A DNA stretch of 58,620 nt, the filler included, from Dirinaria sp. TL-2023a (taxonomy: Eukaryota): assembly GCA_051941275.1 (NCBI GenBank). It is 9 parts of 9 records of this genome, joined end to end, with 100 filler letters (N's around TTAATTAATTAA, not from the genome) between each part and the next. Parts side by side here need not be neighbours in the genome. Positions count along the whole stretch, not along the records: positions 6,539 to 12,976 come from JAVEBF010001481.1; positions 13,077 to 19,511 come from JAVEBF010001482.1; positions 19,612 to 26,046 come from JAVEBF010001483.1; 6 more parts are not named here. One strand, written 5' to 3'. The translations under genes and the position numbers were made by a program. Below are positions 12,400 to 26,146 of this stretch, piece by piece (the first letter of the stretch is position 1; every line of letters starts with the position of its first letter). The notes below the pieces were generated by a model that saw only the letters and a program-made list of their open reading frames with translations, had not been told where the DNA came from and made no database searches.

Positions 12400-12902
12400 A
12401 AAGCTTTACAGCCTATCTTAGTGGGTTAGAGAATCCAAAACAACCAAATTTTTCCGGATCCAAAGTTCAAGTAAGACTGTATAAGGATGCGTTTCCTCTA
12501 GAGGTCAATTAAGGGCAACATGGCCCCTTCTCCACCACCTCCCGCTTTCATCATCTGAACACAACCAGATCCCCACAGTATCTCTCTAAATTTAAAAGAA
12601 AAAAGAAAAAAAAAAAAAAAAGGCCCCATACGAACGCAACCAAGGCACATGTAGACAGGGGTGCTACATTACTTGATCTTTTCACCTCTTCATTCCTCCA
12701 ACTCGTTGTATTTTTCGTGAATTGTGGGATTGCTTTTTGTTTTTTTTTTTTTTGGGCTGTGGCACTCACACCCCTCCTCGCACTTGCTCCTTCCTGCTCG
12801 GTTGTAAATATCCCATTCCATTCCTCTCTCCCCCCCCCTTTCTCCTCAAATTTCCTCGCAGCTTTTGAAAGTATTTTTATGTTATTCCCACCTCACGCAA
12901 CA

Positions 12903-12976
12903 ATGTCCTTCCATCTGCATCGATCCCCTACCGAGCAAACCACATCCAGCGAGCCACCACCGCCAGCCTACAACGA
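12903..12976 (+). CDS. Probable 5' start of a gene cut by the contig end (MSFHLHRSPTEQTTSSEPPPPAYN)
   Basis: ATG in CAATG context after a pyrimidine-rich leader, with a PPxY motif. Only 24 codons are visible. Confidence 0.35.
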
Positions 12977-13076
12977 NNNNNNNNNNNNNNNNNNNNNNNN
13001 NNNNNNNNNNNNNNNNNNNNTTAATTAATTAANNNNNNNNNNNNNNNNNNNNNNNNNNNNNNNNNNNNNNNNNNNN
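12977..13076. other. Artificial contig linker
   Basis: 44N-TTAATTAATTAA-44N. Confidence 0.99.
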
Positions 13077-13423
13077 GTAGCATGCGTGGCAGCATCCACA
13101 CTTCTTCGAAAATATAAACTCGTACGCGTACAGCACAGCACAGCACACTGTCTGTTTTTGTTGTGTGACTCAACTCACTCGTTCATTCCTTCCTTCCTAA
13201 ACGCCCCCCCCCCCCCTGGCTCTTCCGAGAGAGGAGGAATGGAGGATGATAAGATAAATATCGCGGCGCAGCCGGATTATGCTAGGTATGCTATGCTCTC
13301 TCTCTTCCCCCCTCTCTGAAGGAGAAGAAGAAAGAGAAGAAGAAGAAAAAAAAAAAAAAAAAAAAAGGGAAAGGCGAGAGCAATTATATGTAAACATGCT
13401 AAACTGCGGCTCAAGCTTCAAGC

Positions 13424-15203
13424 TCAAGCAAAGCTCCCACGGCGCAAACACCTACACCTTTCGCCACACTTCCAAACCCACTCCCCGCTACTCCCATGCT
13501 CACTCCCATCATTCAGCAACAACCCCGCAATCCCTTCTTCTTCTTCTTCGTCATCATCATCATAATCATCACCATCAACGTACTCGTTAGCGCCCGCGGC
13601 TCTTCTGAGACACACCTGTTCGACGAATTCCCATTCCCCGCCCTCCTCCAGGTTGGGCACGAAATCGTGCTTCTTCGCCTTTTTTCTCTTCGCCTCTTCT
13701 TTTGCCAGGGATTTGGGTTTCTGCAGCTCTGCCATTACTGTCTGGGATTCGGGGATAGGGCGCGGCACCGATGGACGGCGGCGGGAACGCAGACGCGGCA
13801 GGTCGGAACGCCACCATTTCCAGGGCAGGGTGCGGAGCGGGACGTGCTGTTGTGCGTGAGGCGTGGGAGGAGGGAGGCCGGAGTGCTTCTTCGATCCAGG
13901 AGTGCCTGATGTCGGCCGCGGAGAGAGAAGCTTGAAACTTGAAGCAGGGCTTGTGGGAGGCGTGGGCAATGGTTTGCCTGCAGCTGCTGGCGCAGGCGTC
14001 TCGATTGTGGACGTCGGGGTGTGACGTGGCGCTGCTCCCAGGTGAGGACGACGGAGTCGTGAGGAGCGTGGGAAGAATCGTGATTGGCGGTCTTTGGTTG
14101 CTGGCTCAATGGAGTTTTCTGGCAGTGGCAACTTTACCAGCCACTCCTTCTCTTCCTCGACTGCTTCTGAGCCTGGATCTTCTGGAGTGATTGGTGCTGA
14201 ATCAATGGATGTTGATGGCGAAATCTCGGTTGGAGTCTCGGATAATGGATCCAGCCCGTGAGCTACGATGTCGGCGTAAGAGGGTGGTGATGTTGGAAAC
14301 GCATGTGCAGGTTGCGTGACCACTGCAGTCAGCGACTGCCCTAGGTTGTCGTCTCTAGGAGACTCGGAAGTGGCCTCTGAGCTTGTTGGTTGCGCCGCGG
14401 GCGAGGCTTGGGAGACGTTGTCCTTCTGAGTGGCAACGGGGTTTTGGATAGCCGTTGGAAGATGTTCCATCATCAGATTTTGTGCAGTAGGAATACTTAT
14501 GGATGATGGTGGTCCTCGCTTTGCAGGTTTGGCTGGCAATGGGTGCTTCAACCGAGAATCAGCACTGCGCGGAATGACCGAGCTGGACTTCGTCTTCATT
14601 GCGGGAGGTACTATAGAAGCTGTGGCAGGCCATTCGAACGTGAATTCGGACTGAGGTGGTGCTGTGGACCCAGATCGAGGGGTGTCTAAGCCAGTTGGAC
14701 TCATGTATGCCGAGGAGGAAGGTTTCGTCCAGGGATACCCAGCAGCCATTGTAATACTGAGCAGGGGATCGTCTGGCAGATCTTTGACCCTTTCCTGTCT
14801 ATCGAGGTGGCTCGTATCAATGCCTGGTTGCACTACCTTGGCCATCTCAGACAGCGTTCCTGGAGCCGGCTCGGTAGAAGATAGCAATGCAAAACGATTG
14901 CCAGTTGCTGCCATCGTTAGCCTGGATAAACCCATGCCAGACCTCCGCCGCCCCAAAGAAAAACGACATACAATTGCCACTCTCAAAACTATCAAGATCC
15001 CTACTGTCTTCCTCCCGCTTTTGGGCACGCTTTGCAGAACCAACCTTTGGTTTTTGGTTCTCAATATTCCGTATTCGAGTGGCGATGGGGTCAAAAGGAC
15101 CAACCCTGTGGCGTCGCACACGGCCAGCGCGTCGACGAGGATTTTTGTCGTTCTTAAAGGTCAAAACGTGGGCCTCGAATGATAGGGATTTCATTCCAGA
15201 CAT
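13424..15203 (-). CDS. Pro/Ser/Thr-rich, probably disordered hypothetical protein (~570 aa, 2 exons)
   Basis: Exon 15203-14972 (MSGMKSLSFEAH...) joins the long 13424 frame (STGNRFALLSS...) through a phase-1 intron at 14971-14908 (GTATGT..GCTAAC..CAG). The 3' end and any upstream exons are uncertain. Confidence 0.6.
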
Positions 15204-15798
15204 AGCCCTGTTGGCAAATTTAGGTAGCGAGTTGTTTGAGGATGTTAGGGATTATAAAGGTAATGTACACGATGATATATGCTGGGGAAAAGGCACTGTA
15301 CCATGAAGCAGAGCCGGCATGGAACTTTGAAGGGAAGTGCTGTTGGAATTCCAAATCTGAGGCCGTTTTTGAATGGAAGAAAGCCAGATGGCAAACTCTG
15401 CGGTACAATGAATGACAGGGAAGGATCGACTCACGCACCTACATCCATTAGCAAATACATGTGAAACCCCATGTCAATTTTCAATTTCAAGGGAACTCCC
15501 ACAATTCTTCCATTGGAGAGTCGATATTACATTTGACTTCATTGCTTTTGTGCCAGGTAATTACAAAGTTGGAATACCCTTCATCGGTGACTGTATTCTT
15601 CCGCTTGGGTAGAGCCATGGTAATTCGGATCCCAATCATCTCGACTGGAATAGAGTATTCGACAATGAACTTTTCACATTCGCTCGCTGAAACAGTCAAA
15701 TCAAATCACTGACGCCGAACGCTATTAGTGCACCCCTGTGAAAACTCATCGCCCATGTTTATTATGTATTTATCGCTCGTTCCAGGAACCTTTGGGTT

Positions 15799-18048
15799 TC
15801 ACACGTTTACCGGAGTGAGGAATCCGGTCCATTTTCTCGTGAGCTTAGTCTCAATACTGTCATCAACATCGGTCTCGTCAAAGACCTCAGTCCAACCAAC
15901 CGGCACCCAGGTTTCTCGGCACTCCATCCTCTTGCTGCTGAGAACATTTTTATTCTTCAGCACCTGTTGGCGTCTCTGCTCCCGCTCATTTACAATGTCG
16001 GCCAACTTCTGGGCGCCGATATGTTGACCTGCGCAACGAAGTATGTCCTTCAGCAACACATACGGTGCCGATAAAAGCATAGCAGAAATCCGTGTGTCGG
16101 TATGGGTAGGGCCTACTGGCGGTAGACTGCCGAATTGTATGTGACTGAACCGTGAACTCGAAGGAGGGGGTCGCGTGATGATAGGAAGAGGGAGTCTATC
16201 CAGCCGTGACATGGGAGCAGCCGTCAAGTCTAACTTCCACCCGCTTGAAAGAGCCAGAGTAATGAATTGCAGACATGTTCGCGCCAGTTGACCGGCCTGC
16301 GGACCTTGTGAACCGCCTAGTGCCGCCATCACCACGTCCGAATGCGGATACGCTGTAGAGATTGAGTCATCTATAGTATTTTTGGCTGGCGGTGAATGAG
16401 CAGTGCCGTAGCCGCTTGAGGTCGACAATTGACTAATGGTCTTTTGGTCTGGGCTATAATCGACATAGCCGTCAAGTACAAAAGAGAGGGCTAGATCAAC
16501 ATTGTCCCAGTCCAGGTTGCTCGCAGCAACCTGCATCGCTTGCTGTTTAAGCTCCTGCATATCAAGTAGAAAGCCAGTTGCTGCGTAAGCCAAAGCGCTA
16601 GCCATCAGGGTTTTAGACTCTTCTCCTGAAGGAAATGTGGACCCAGCGCTATGGCGAACGATGGCGTAGTCCATTGGTTCACCGTAGAGCATACTCAGCG
16701 CATGTTGCAATGAAGACGGTGTCACAAAGTTGTTGGATGTCTCAAGATCGATATGTAGCATCCCGTCGCCCTGGCGCTCACAAGACGCAAGCTTGGATGC
16801 CAGTTTTGGGCTTTGAGCAATCAGAAGGCTATGTAGAAAGAGGTCTTCTTTCGGGAATTGCTTATCTTTATAAGATACATGCACGCAGCAGTCGGCGTAT
16901 TGAGGATTGTTGAGATGTTGTAGGATAAATTCAGCCAAGGGGTGAGTGAAGTGACCAGCGGTTCTTGGTTCGTCCTGAAGTGTCCATCCTCTGTCTTCAT
17001 AGGCTGGGACCGTCCTAAAAGTTCCAGTGATGCTTGCACTCTCCCCATCAGAGCTCAAATCAGCTTTAGATGCCTCTCCTTGGCTATCAGCAGTGTCGGC
17101 CCCTTCAGCTATGCGATGTGGCTTTGATACCCCGCTAGCAGAAATAGCAGAATCTGCATCTACTGTTGGTGTAGTGTTTTGATCTTGGCTCAGCGTCGCC
17201 TTCGACAGCTTCCCACTAGACATGGAGGATCGACTAAGAATTTCTTGTCGGTGAAGCTCTGAGCTGGCAAGTTCGGGAGATGGATACGTGTAGAAAACTG
17301 GCGCGATACCAGTGTTCACACGTTTCAAAGGGTCTGGATGACCATCGAAATGCTCTACAGTTTGATCCGCTGAGTTAGCCTGGTACATGTACCCCTGATA
17401 GAACGGGTAGGACGGCGAGGAGGCCTCGGCAGACTCCAGATTTTCCGTAGGATGAGAAGAGGTTGCGTTTGGCTGTACGTGGCTCTGCTGTGTATGATCA
17501 GCAGGCGAGGGATCCATATCGGAGGGGGGAGTCGGATGATGAGACAGGGGGTTGGTTGAAGTAAAAGGAGGACTTGGATACCACGGTAGGCCAGGGGATG
17601 AACCATCTATAGGTGGTGTAGGGTTGCCTCCAAACGTCAGCACAGCGACTGGGGTGTTGGTTGATCCACAGCCAAAATCTTCGAGAACAGTATTGGCAGC
17701 CACGTCCTCACGCGCTTCTGTAGCGAGCTGATCAGAGCTAATGATGGGCTCTGGCTCTTTTCCTGCCACAGCGCTATCACTGCATCTGCGAGAGGAAAGT
17801 GGTGTCCTTTGCTGGTCTACTGGATCAGAGGAAAGCGGTGGGTCATGATTTCCTTGCTTGCCTGACGCTAATGCTGGATTATCAGTATTGGAAATCACAG
17901 CTTGTCCTTTTTCATTTTGCATATCCGGAGTAGCAGTCCTTGATGGTTTGATCTGATCCAAATCACTTGTGGATTTCCTTTCGAATTGGCGAGGAACTGC
18001 CGGGACAATCCGACACGATCGTCTCGGACGATCCATATGAGAAGACAT
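15799..18048 (-). CDS. Fungal hypothetical protein with a BTB/POZ-like C-terminal half
   Basis: 749-aa single ORF. A disordered N-terminus is followed by HLNNPQYADCCVHV..LHSLLIAQSPKL..ALSMLYG, a BTB-like pattern. Confidence 0.75.
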   Translation of the reverse strand: MSSHMDRPRRSCRIVPAVPRQFERKSTSDLDQIKPSRTATPDMQNEKGQAVISNTDNPALASGKQGNHDPPLSSDPVDQQRTPLSSRRCSDSAVAGKEPEPIISSDQLATEAREDVAANTVLEDFGCGSTNTPVAVLTFGGNPTPPIDGSSPGLPWYPSPPFTSTNPLSHHPTPPSDMDPSPADHTQQSHVQPNATSSHPTENLESAEASSPSYPFYQGYMYQANSADQTVEHFDGHPDPLKRVNTGIAPVFYTYPSPELASSELHRQEILSRSSMSSGKLSKATLSQDQNTTPTVDADSAISASGVSKPHRIAEGADTADSQGEASKADLSSDGESASITGTFRTVPAYEDRGWTLQDEPRTAGHFTHPLAEFILQHLNNPQYADCCVHVSYKDKQFPKEDLFLHSLLIAQSPKLASKLASCERQGDGMLHIDLETSNNFVTPSSLQHALSMLYGEPMDYAIVRHSAGSTFPSGEESKTLMASALAYAATGFLLDMQELKQQAMQVAASNLDWDNVDLALSFVLDGYVDYSPDQKTISQLSTSSGYGTAHSPPAKNTIDDSISTAYPHSDVVMAALGGSQGPQAGQLARTCLQFITLALSSGWKLDLTAAPMSRLDRLPLPIITRPPPSSSRFSHIQFGSLPPVGPTHTDTRISAMLLSAPYVLLKDILRCAGQHIGAQKLADIVNEREQRRQQVLKNKNVLSSKRMECRETWVPVGWTEVFDETDVDDSIETKLTRKWTGFLTPVNV

Positions 18049-18433
18049 TTTCCAGGCAGAGACACATAATTTTATAGTTATGTTTTGAGCATTTTCTGAC
18101 GATGAGCAACTAATCAGATGAACTGGTATAAGATGCGAGAATCACTTGAAGCGACTCTTCAGCTGAAAGGAAGGAGCATGGGAGCAGAATGAGAAATCCA
18201 ACGAAGTGATCTCCAGGCTGAAATTTGTCTCCGCATCGTCATAACACATAACAGTGGCATCGGTAATTCATCGGCATCTTCCTTAGCGTGTGAGAATTCG
18301 GCGACTCGGACCGTCCCTACCGCCTTGGCCTCCAATACTAAGGTAGGGATCATTATTGCATGCTGAGGGTTTAGGCATTTGCCTTCTCTATATTACTCTT
18401 ACTTTCTATTGAGCCTTACAGCCAAAACTTGTC

Positions 18434-19495
18434 ATGGGAAACGATGGCGGCAGGTAAGATCTCGCCCCCCTCAACCATCCCAGAAATCTACTAATCTTTT
18501 ACTACTGCATCAGCATCCCCAAGCGGCGCGAGCTAGTCAAAGAAGCAGCCAAAGACCCCTCCACGACCCAAGCAAAAGAAACCCAGAACGAGCAACAAGA
18601 ATACCGCTGGTCCAACTGCGCCCTATCGAACCAGCCTTTGAGACCGCCCGTCGTCTCCGACTGGGCAGGGAACCTCTACAACAAGGATGCGGTGCTGGAG
18701 TCCCTCATCGCAAACAGCAGCAGCGGCGGCGGTGATCTAATGAAGAGCGACAACGAAGCTACGCGGAGGCCGATAGGAAGCTTGCGAGACGTCGTAGAAG
18801 TCAAGTTTCAAGTCGAGGATGAGGAAGGAGAAAACGAACAACAACAACGCACATCACCAGTGCCGAAATGGGTCTGTCCGATCACGAACAAGACGTTGGG
18901 ACCGGGTGTGAAAGCGGTGTATATTGTGCCTTGTGGCCATGCTTTTGCCGAGAGCGCCGTCAAGGAGATAGCGGCGGAGACTTGTTTGCAGGTAAGGTCT
19001 CTCTTATTCAAGATCGATTTAGATTATGGATATTGAGTAAAAAAAAAACAGTGCAACGAACCCTACACAGCAGCCAACATAATCCCCATCCTCCCAACCT
19101 CAACCACCGAAAAAACACGTACCAAATCGCGCATCTCACAACTCCACGAACAAGGCCTCACCCACTCCCTCAAGAAACCCCCCAACAACACCTCCAACAA
19201 AAAGCGAAAGAAAAACCCCATCGCCAACAACCCAGAACCCGTCCCATCTCCCAATAACAACAACAAACCCCCAAATCCAGCAGCAAACGGCGTAATCCAC
19301 AACCCCTCCACGGCCTCCCTAACCGCGCGCGTGCTGTCAGAGGAGCAGGACCGAGCCAAGAAGAGAAAACAAGCTGCCAACGAGAACGTGAAGAGTCTGT
19401 TCTCGTCAGGCAACGCTCCTAGTAGTGCGATGCAGAAACACGCCGATTTCATGACGAGGGGGTTTTCGATTCCTGCGGCGGGGGCGAAGAGGTAG
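18434..19495 (+). CDS. RTF2: Replication termination factor 2 (Rtf2 RING-finger family)
   Basis: Spliced N-terminus MGNDGGSIPKRRELVK, with CALS, LYNKDAVLE, CPIT and PCGH motifs and a C-terminal DFMTRGFSIP. Introns at 18454-18513 and 18992-19051. Confidence 0.92.
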
Positions 19496-19511
19496 TAGGT
19501 CTATTATCTAG

Positions 19512-19611
19512 NNNNNNNNNNNNNNNNNNNNNNNNNNNNNNNNNNNNNNNNNNNNTTAATTAATTAANNNNNNNNNNNNNNNNNNNNNNNNNNNNNNNNN
19601 NNNNNNNNNNN
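19512..19611. other. Artificial contig linker
   Basis: 44N-TTAATTAATTAA-44N. Confidence 0.99.
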
Positions 19612-20333
19612 AGCCAGGTCAGGCTGTAGATGCCGAGATCGAGCAGGGCGCCCCCCGCGAGCGACAGGTTCGTCATCCGGTGCGAGGAGCCATATTCCTC
19701 TTCGATGTTTTTTCCAAACGAGTTATCGGCCATCACGCGATGGATGTCGCCCACCTCCCCCCGCTCGATCAGGGAGCGGATCTGGATTGATAAAGGGAAG
19801 AAGCGTGTCCAGACTGCTTCCATCAGGAACAGGTTTTTCTCTTTGGCCACGCTGATCAGTTTCTCGGTTTGCGCGGCGTTTACTGTGAAGGCTTTTTCGC
19901 AGAGAACGGGTTTTCCAGCGAGGAGGCAGAGCATTGTGTTTTGGTAGTGGTGCGAGTGAGGGGTCGCGACGTAGATTATGTCCACATTGGGGTCGTGGAC
20001 GAGTTCTTCGTAGGATCCGTATGCGGATGCCGAGGACGGGCAGTGGCATTCGGTCAGGAACTCGCGCGCGCGTTGGGATGAGGTCGACGATGCCGCGGCC
20101 GTGACTGTGTGTGCGATGTCGTGAACCCCGCGCGTGGATGGGTCGAGCATTAGGTCTTTCGTAAAGGTTACTGCGATCCCGCCCGTGGCTGATAGGTGAG
20201 AGTTAGTGCGCGTGATGGGGAAGCGATGGTGATGGGGATTGGGTTCGTTGGAGCAATTGCTCGTTCGGATTGAAATGCGTAAGAAGGAGACCTTACCTAG
20301 GATACCCCAGCGGACGGTGTATGGGCTAGACAT
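19612..20333 (-). CDS. Gfo/Idh/MocA NAD(P)-dependent oxidoreductase (dimeric dihydrodiol / D-xylose dehydrogenase type), 3'-partial
   Basis: VRWGILATGGIA after removing intron 20296-20189, then YVATPHSHH, VLCEKAF, FLMEAVWTRF and GGALLDLGIY. Confidence 0.92.
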
Positions 20334-20848
20334 TATTGTAGGCGGTCGAGGATTTGGGTGTGTGGATTGTTAAGAAAAGGCAAATGGATTGCTTGGTATT
20401 AAGGGTGTATAGGAGAAAGACGACAAAAGATCGAATGAGACGTAATACCTCACATTCATTATTATTATGATGAATAATTCAAAATCGACGGGCCATCAAT
20501 GAGGTATTGTGGGGTTGTTCGAACCAGGTCTGGCGACGTCACAGATTACCAATGGTCTGCAAATTATGCGGTTGGCCATTTATGCGTAACTCGTACATTC
20601 GGGATGAAGTCCGTTTTGCGAAACTTGCAGATCGACTTGCGGGCCCCTTATGCTTCCCGTACGTTTGCCCGACTTGAGGCTGAATTGACGATATTTTCGG
20701 GACCACAGCCAGAGCCTCGAGACATTTATAATTATTCGGGGTATTCCTTAATATACATGCACTGGCCAGTGCTCTTTATGATACCGCCCCATGTCCTCAC
20801 ATGCTCCTCGCAGATGCAGCAGTATGAAATCGATGGTATGGACACGCA

Positions 20849-22043
20849 CTATTTCTTCTTGTCGCTTTCTTTTCCTTTGCCTTTCGGGCTCTGCTCCTCC
20901 TCTTTGATTTCTTTGGCATCGCCATCCACAACACCGTTCGTCTTCTTCTCATCCTTTTCCTCTTTGCCCTCCTCTTTCTTCGCGTCCTGCTCTTCCTGCT
21001 GCTGCCGGTTCTGGATTTTGTTCTCGATCAGATCGTGGAAAGCGGTGATGGCGCGGATCAAACTGCTCAGATAGATGGCCATGAGCTGGTCGTTGGTCTT
21101 GATACTCATCGACCGTGCAAGCTCGGTGTTTTCAAGGTGTTTTGAGTTTTCCGTGTTCTTCTCGGTCGAAGTGGTTGCTAGGGGGTTTGAGAGGTTCGGA
21201 AGGAGATTGAAGACGTCTTGCAGATGTCCGAGGATTGTGTGGTTGACAGGGAGCTCGCCGTTGATAACTTTGTCTAGGTACCTCCCAATGTCGCGTAAGC
21301 GGAGATGTAGACCTTGAAGCGATTGCAATTGTGCAGTGATTCGAGTAGAGAGAGTGCCGACTGCTACATCTCGGATATCGCGTAGGAGGTGTTCAACGCC
21401 AATCTCTTCTGCTTCCTCGGCCTCGATGATGGATGGGGTATGTACAAAGGTCTTGCTGGTAGTGGTGCCATCCTGTGCACTTTCTGTCAGCACTAGCAAT
21501 TCTCCCATCAGGCGGAGAAAGCTTACGTCCTTGATTTCCTCAACGGCGAAGTAGGCATCCGTAGGTACACCGACCTCCTTTGGCTGCACATCGATGATTA
21601 CAAGGAGCGGATTAGGCGTGTATTTTTTGAAGAGCTCATTTATGAGAAGATCTGATGCTCGCAATTTGGGCCCAGAGTGATACCACCCAATAAGCTTCTC
21701 CCGCGCGTTGACCTTCTTGAACATGTCGTTCATCGACTCAACGTAATTGTGGTCGAGGAACCATACTGAAGGATCCTTATCGTCTTCCTCGAATGGTACT
21801 GGGAAAAGTCATCAACGAGCACATATAGCAGATAGACCGAGGGGAGCTTTGAAACCCACCTGCGAAGCTGTTCGAGACTCTAACATTGGTGCCATCATTT
21901 TGCCCAAGCAGGACACCGACGACTCGCTTTCGCAGCCCTTTGCCAGAGCGACCGAAGTGGTCTGCGGCGGATAGGAGGACCAGCGGAGCAACAGATACCG
22001 TGCGAGTCACGAGCGACAGCGTTTCTGCGGTGGTTGCAGGCAT
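20849..22043 (-). CDS. RPN8: 26S proteasome lid subunit Rpn8 (MPN domain)
   Basis: [52 protein letters not shown] and [13 protein letters not shown]. Introns at 21859-21799 and 21526-21473. Confidence 0.97.
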
Positions 22044-22384
22044 GCTACTAGGATTGGTTAGAATATTGAAAGGACATTATTATCACTGCATTCCCTCCAT
22101 AATACTGTACTTTACTTACCTTAGGTAAGCCAGCGAACTTCAGTGCCAAGACTACGGCGGGTGGTTGATGTTGTTATGCAGTGAACAACTTGGCCGACGG
22201 CGGAGCTGCGGGAAGCTGGTGGTCCGTGTTCCTCTCAGCATCCAGGACCAAAGGACCGAAGGACCCAGCAGGCCCATGTCTCCCTCCCCACCTGTATGAT
22301 TGTAGCTACCCACAACTTTGGAATCAAATCGCCCGTTTTCTTGGTCGTCTTGTATAGGCTCTCCATCCATTTTCTCCACTCTCA

Positions 22385-23378
<994 letters not shown>

Positions 23379-24176
23379 GGCTCACCTCCCATTTTATCGA
23401 AGCCTGGCGGACGAGATGAAAAGTGTTTGTGCGGGTAGAGCTGGGCGTTATGAGTAAGGTGGCATGTGTGTGCATAGCTGGCATTTATCTGCCTACAGGT
23501 GAGCATGCCTGTACAATCAATCTACTATCGCGTGTATCCTGTATCATACATCTACTTCTCGGTTAGAGCATTCACCAGCTCAGGCCTATCCGGGTATCTC
23601 TTTAATGAGCAGGGGCACAAATGCTTCCCTGGCTTTCCTCTTGATTACGTATCTCTACTATTCTTGTGTCGACATAAGAACCGTTGTGATAACACTACTA
23701 CAATCGCGTCTCATATTCGCGCCTGATTGATAACAACTAGTATCGACCAAGATCACCTCTCCAAGCTTAATCTTACAAACTCCGGACTCTGAACCCCAAC
23801 CATCTAGTCAACCTTCTTCGTATCTCAGACCAGCTGTATCTCTTGTTGAAGTGTACAAGATGTCGGTCAGACGTGATATGTAAGCTTGCCAAGAACCCCT
23901 TCTTTCACTGTTACACGTTTTGCTCTTCGACCGATCAGACTCCAAGCACAAGTCTTGTTTTGAGCTCGGAAGCTCCCCCTGAGTAGTAGCCGAGTCGACA
24001 CCCGACAGCCGTGAACTAGAACACGGCCCCATGGGTTTCATCAATATGTTCTGCCACAACTATCGTCTCTTTGTTGACATGATCATATCAGTCCAGGAAG
24101 TACCACAACCTTAACCACCTTCCATACCACAGCGTCGAGGGCTGGCACCGCTGCCGTACCTCGTACACCTCGTGGG

Positions 24177-25176
24177 ATGCCTTCCGGTACCCAGCTACCG
24201 AGATGCTGGAAGAAGGACATGGACCGCTTCATTTGCCAATGTGATGCACGTGGTGATATTGATCTCCCAATGATAGTTGCTGGTTTGAAGAAACACTTCG
24301 CGAAAGAGCTGGGTAACGTAAGTCAATACCGCCTGAGCGCTAGAAGCCCCACTCACATTCGCCCAACTCGGCTGTGGATATTACCACATTTCTTCCCAAG
24401 GGGCCAAACTCTTTCTATCTATATACTCGCTCGCTCACATTAACCCAGGTTTCTGTCAGCTGCGACGCTGTACAACGTCGCATCATGACCCTGGATCTAC
24501 AAGACAATGATTACTTCGTCAAAGGCATGGAGACTGCGGTGAGGAAGGCTGAGGCTGCCGGCTTTGTGCTACCGCCGATGGATTTCGAGAAGTATGCGCG
24601 GAAGGAGGAAGGAGCTCAGGAATCTGGGGTATCTGAGGAACCTCAAGTAGAGGTAGAGCCAAGCATCTCCCCTCCAGCTGGCTACGTGGTATGCGACAAT
24701 CCTGCTCTGAATCTGACTTGGCTAATGTGACTTTCCAGAGAACGACCGCAAGCACTGCCCCGTCTGCAGGACGTGTGAGACTGGTTGACAATACCATCGA
24801 CGGCTCTCTGGACTCAATCAAGGAGCATGAGGTTGAGAAGGTACTAGACCCTCATCAAAAAGCAGAGTGCCACACACATCGATAGCTGATGAAAAAAAAG
24901 CAGGACGATCGCGACTACGTTATTCCCATCAAGCGTATGGAAGGCCTGCCATCCTCAGGCACCTCGGCTCTGCTTGCGCGTCGTGCCGGTCTTAAAGACT
25001 CGGGTTCCGTAGCTTCCCTTGCGTACAGTGGCAACAGCGCTACGACGTCCTCCTTCGATGCAGTTGGCCGCGGTAGTTCTTTGCCTCGATCCAGCTCCCT
25101 GAATAGAGGCCACAACGGGAAATCGTCAGACGCCTTACTCCAGTATTCGCCTACTGCACGCGGGCCTCGCACTTAG
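24177..25176 (+). CDS. Multi-exon hypothetical protein
   Basis: MPSGTQLPRCWKKDMDRFIC..ELGN, then a GTAAGT intron (~24318-24448) into VSVSCDAVQRRIMTLD. Further short GT-AG introns near 24690-24740 and 24841-24903 link the downstream ORF pieces. Confidence 0.55.
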
Positions 25177-25400
25177 GGCGTCAAGCTACAGCGATGGAAC
25201 GGATATTGTTCAGCGGGTGAGGCCACGACAGCTGGCAACTCTGATCTGACTTTAGGTTTTCTATTGTGTTGAATTGTCCAGCCTCCAATGTTCTGGATTT
25301 GCGAGATGTTTTGTTTCTAGACCAGTCATGTACACACACTGAGCTCTCAAGTGTATGTCACAAGAAATTAAAGGCATTCTCTAGCACACGAGGTGATATC

Positions 25401-26046
25401 TCAGCCCATCCATCCAGCTGCGTAACCAGCCATTTCCTCTCTGCTCACAATCCGCTCCTCCACCAATGTCTCTAAGCCCCTCACTCTCTCAGCGAGAACG
25501 CAAGCTAGCAAATGCTTGCAAACGGGTACATCATGACCGAGGCTACTTCCTCCCATGCTCCATTTCCCATCATCCCTTTCCCATAGACTTTCTCTGCCAT
25601 CACTATCGATCAAATCCGAATCCTCGCCCAGATCCCCACTAAAAGCCGTAAAAGCAAAAGCCGCACAAGTACAATTCCATCCACGAAGCCTAACCTCGTA
25701 ACTCACGCCCTCGGCCGCAGACGGTTCTTTTCGTTTAGCACTGTAACGCGAGCGCGAAGCATAAAAAGAAGAGCGCACGTAGTAAACCGACATCTGTCTT
25801 CTCCTCCGCTTCTCGCTCTCATCATCAGCCCTCGACGACACACGCTGTTCCTCCCCTCCGATCGCAGAAGCCGGGCCGTTTTCGGCAACCCCGGTATCAT
25901 GTTCGAGAATAATCAATCGAGTGACGAATCTGCGATCAAGCAAATCGAGAGCCGGAAGCAGCTCGTTCGGGAACAGACAGTGCAGGGTGAGGAAGAGCGG
26001 TTTTTGGTCGGGTTGGAGAGGATTTGTGGATTGGGAGGGTGGGGGG
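25401..26046 (-). CDS. SWIM zinc-finger protein, Sws1/Shu-complex-like (5'-partial)
   Basis: PLFLTLHCLFPNELLPALDLLDR at the N-terminus and the SWIM signature WNCTCAAF...CKHLLA. Confidence 0.8.
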
Positions 26047-26146
26047 NNNNNNNNNNNNNNNNNNNNNNNNNNNNNNNNNNNNNNNNNNNNTTAATTAATT
26101 AANNNNNNNNNNNNNNNNNNNNNNNNNNNNNNNNNNNNNNNNNNNN
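26047..26146. other. Artificial contig linker
   Basis: 44N-TTAATTAATTAA-44N. Confidence 0.99.

Noticed and set aside
14972..15121. N-terminus of the 565-aa track ORF starting at GTG 15121
   Set aside because: An ATG-initiated exon in another frame splices in through a canonical intron at 14971-14908.
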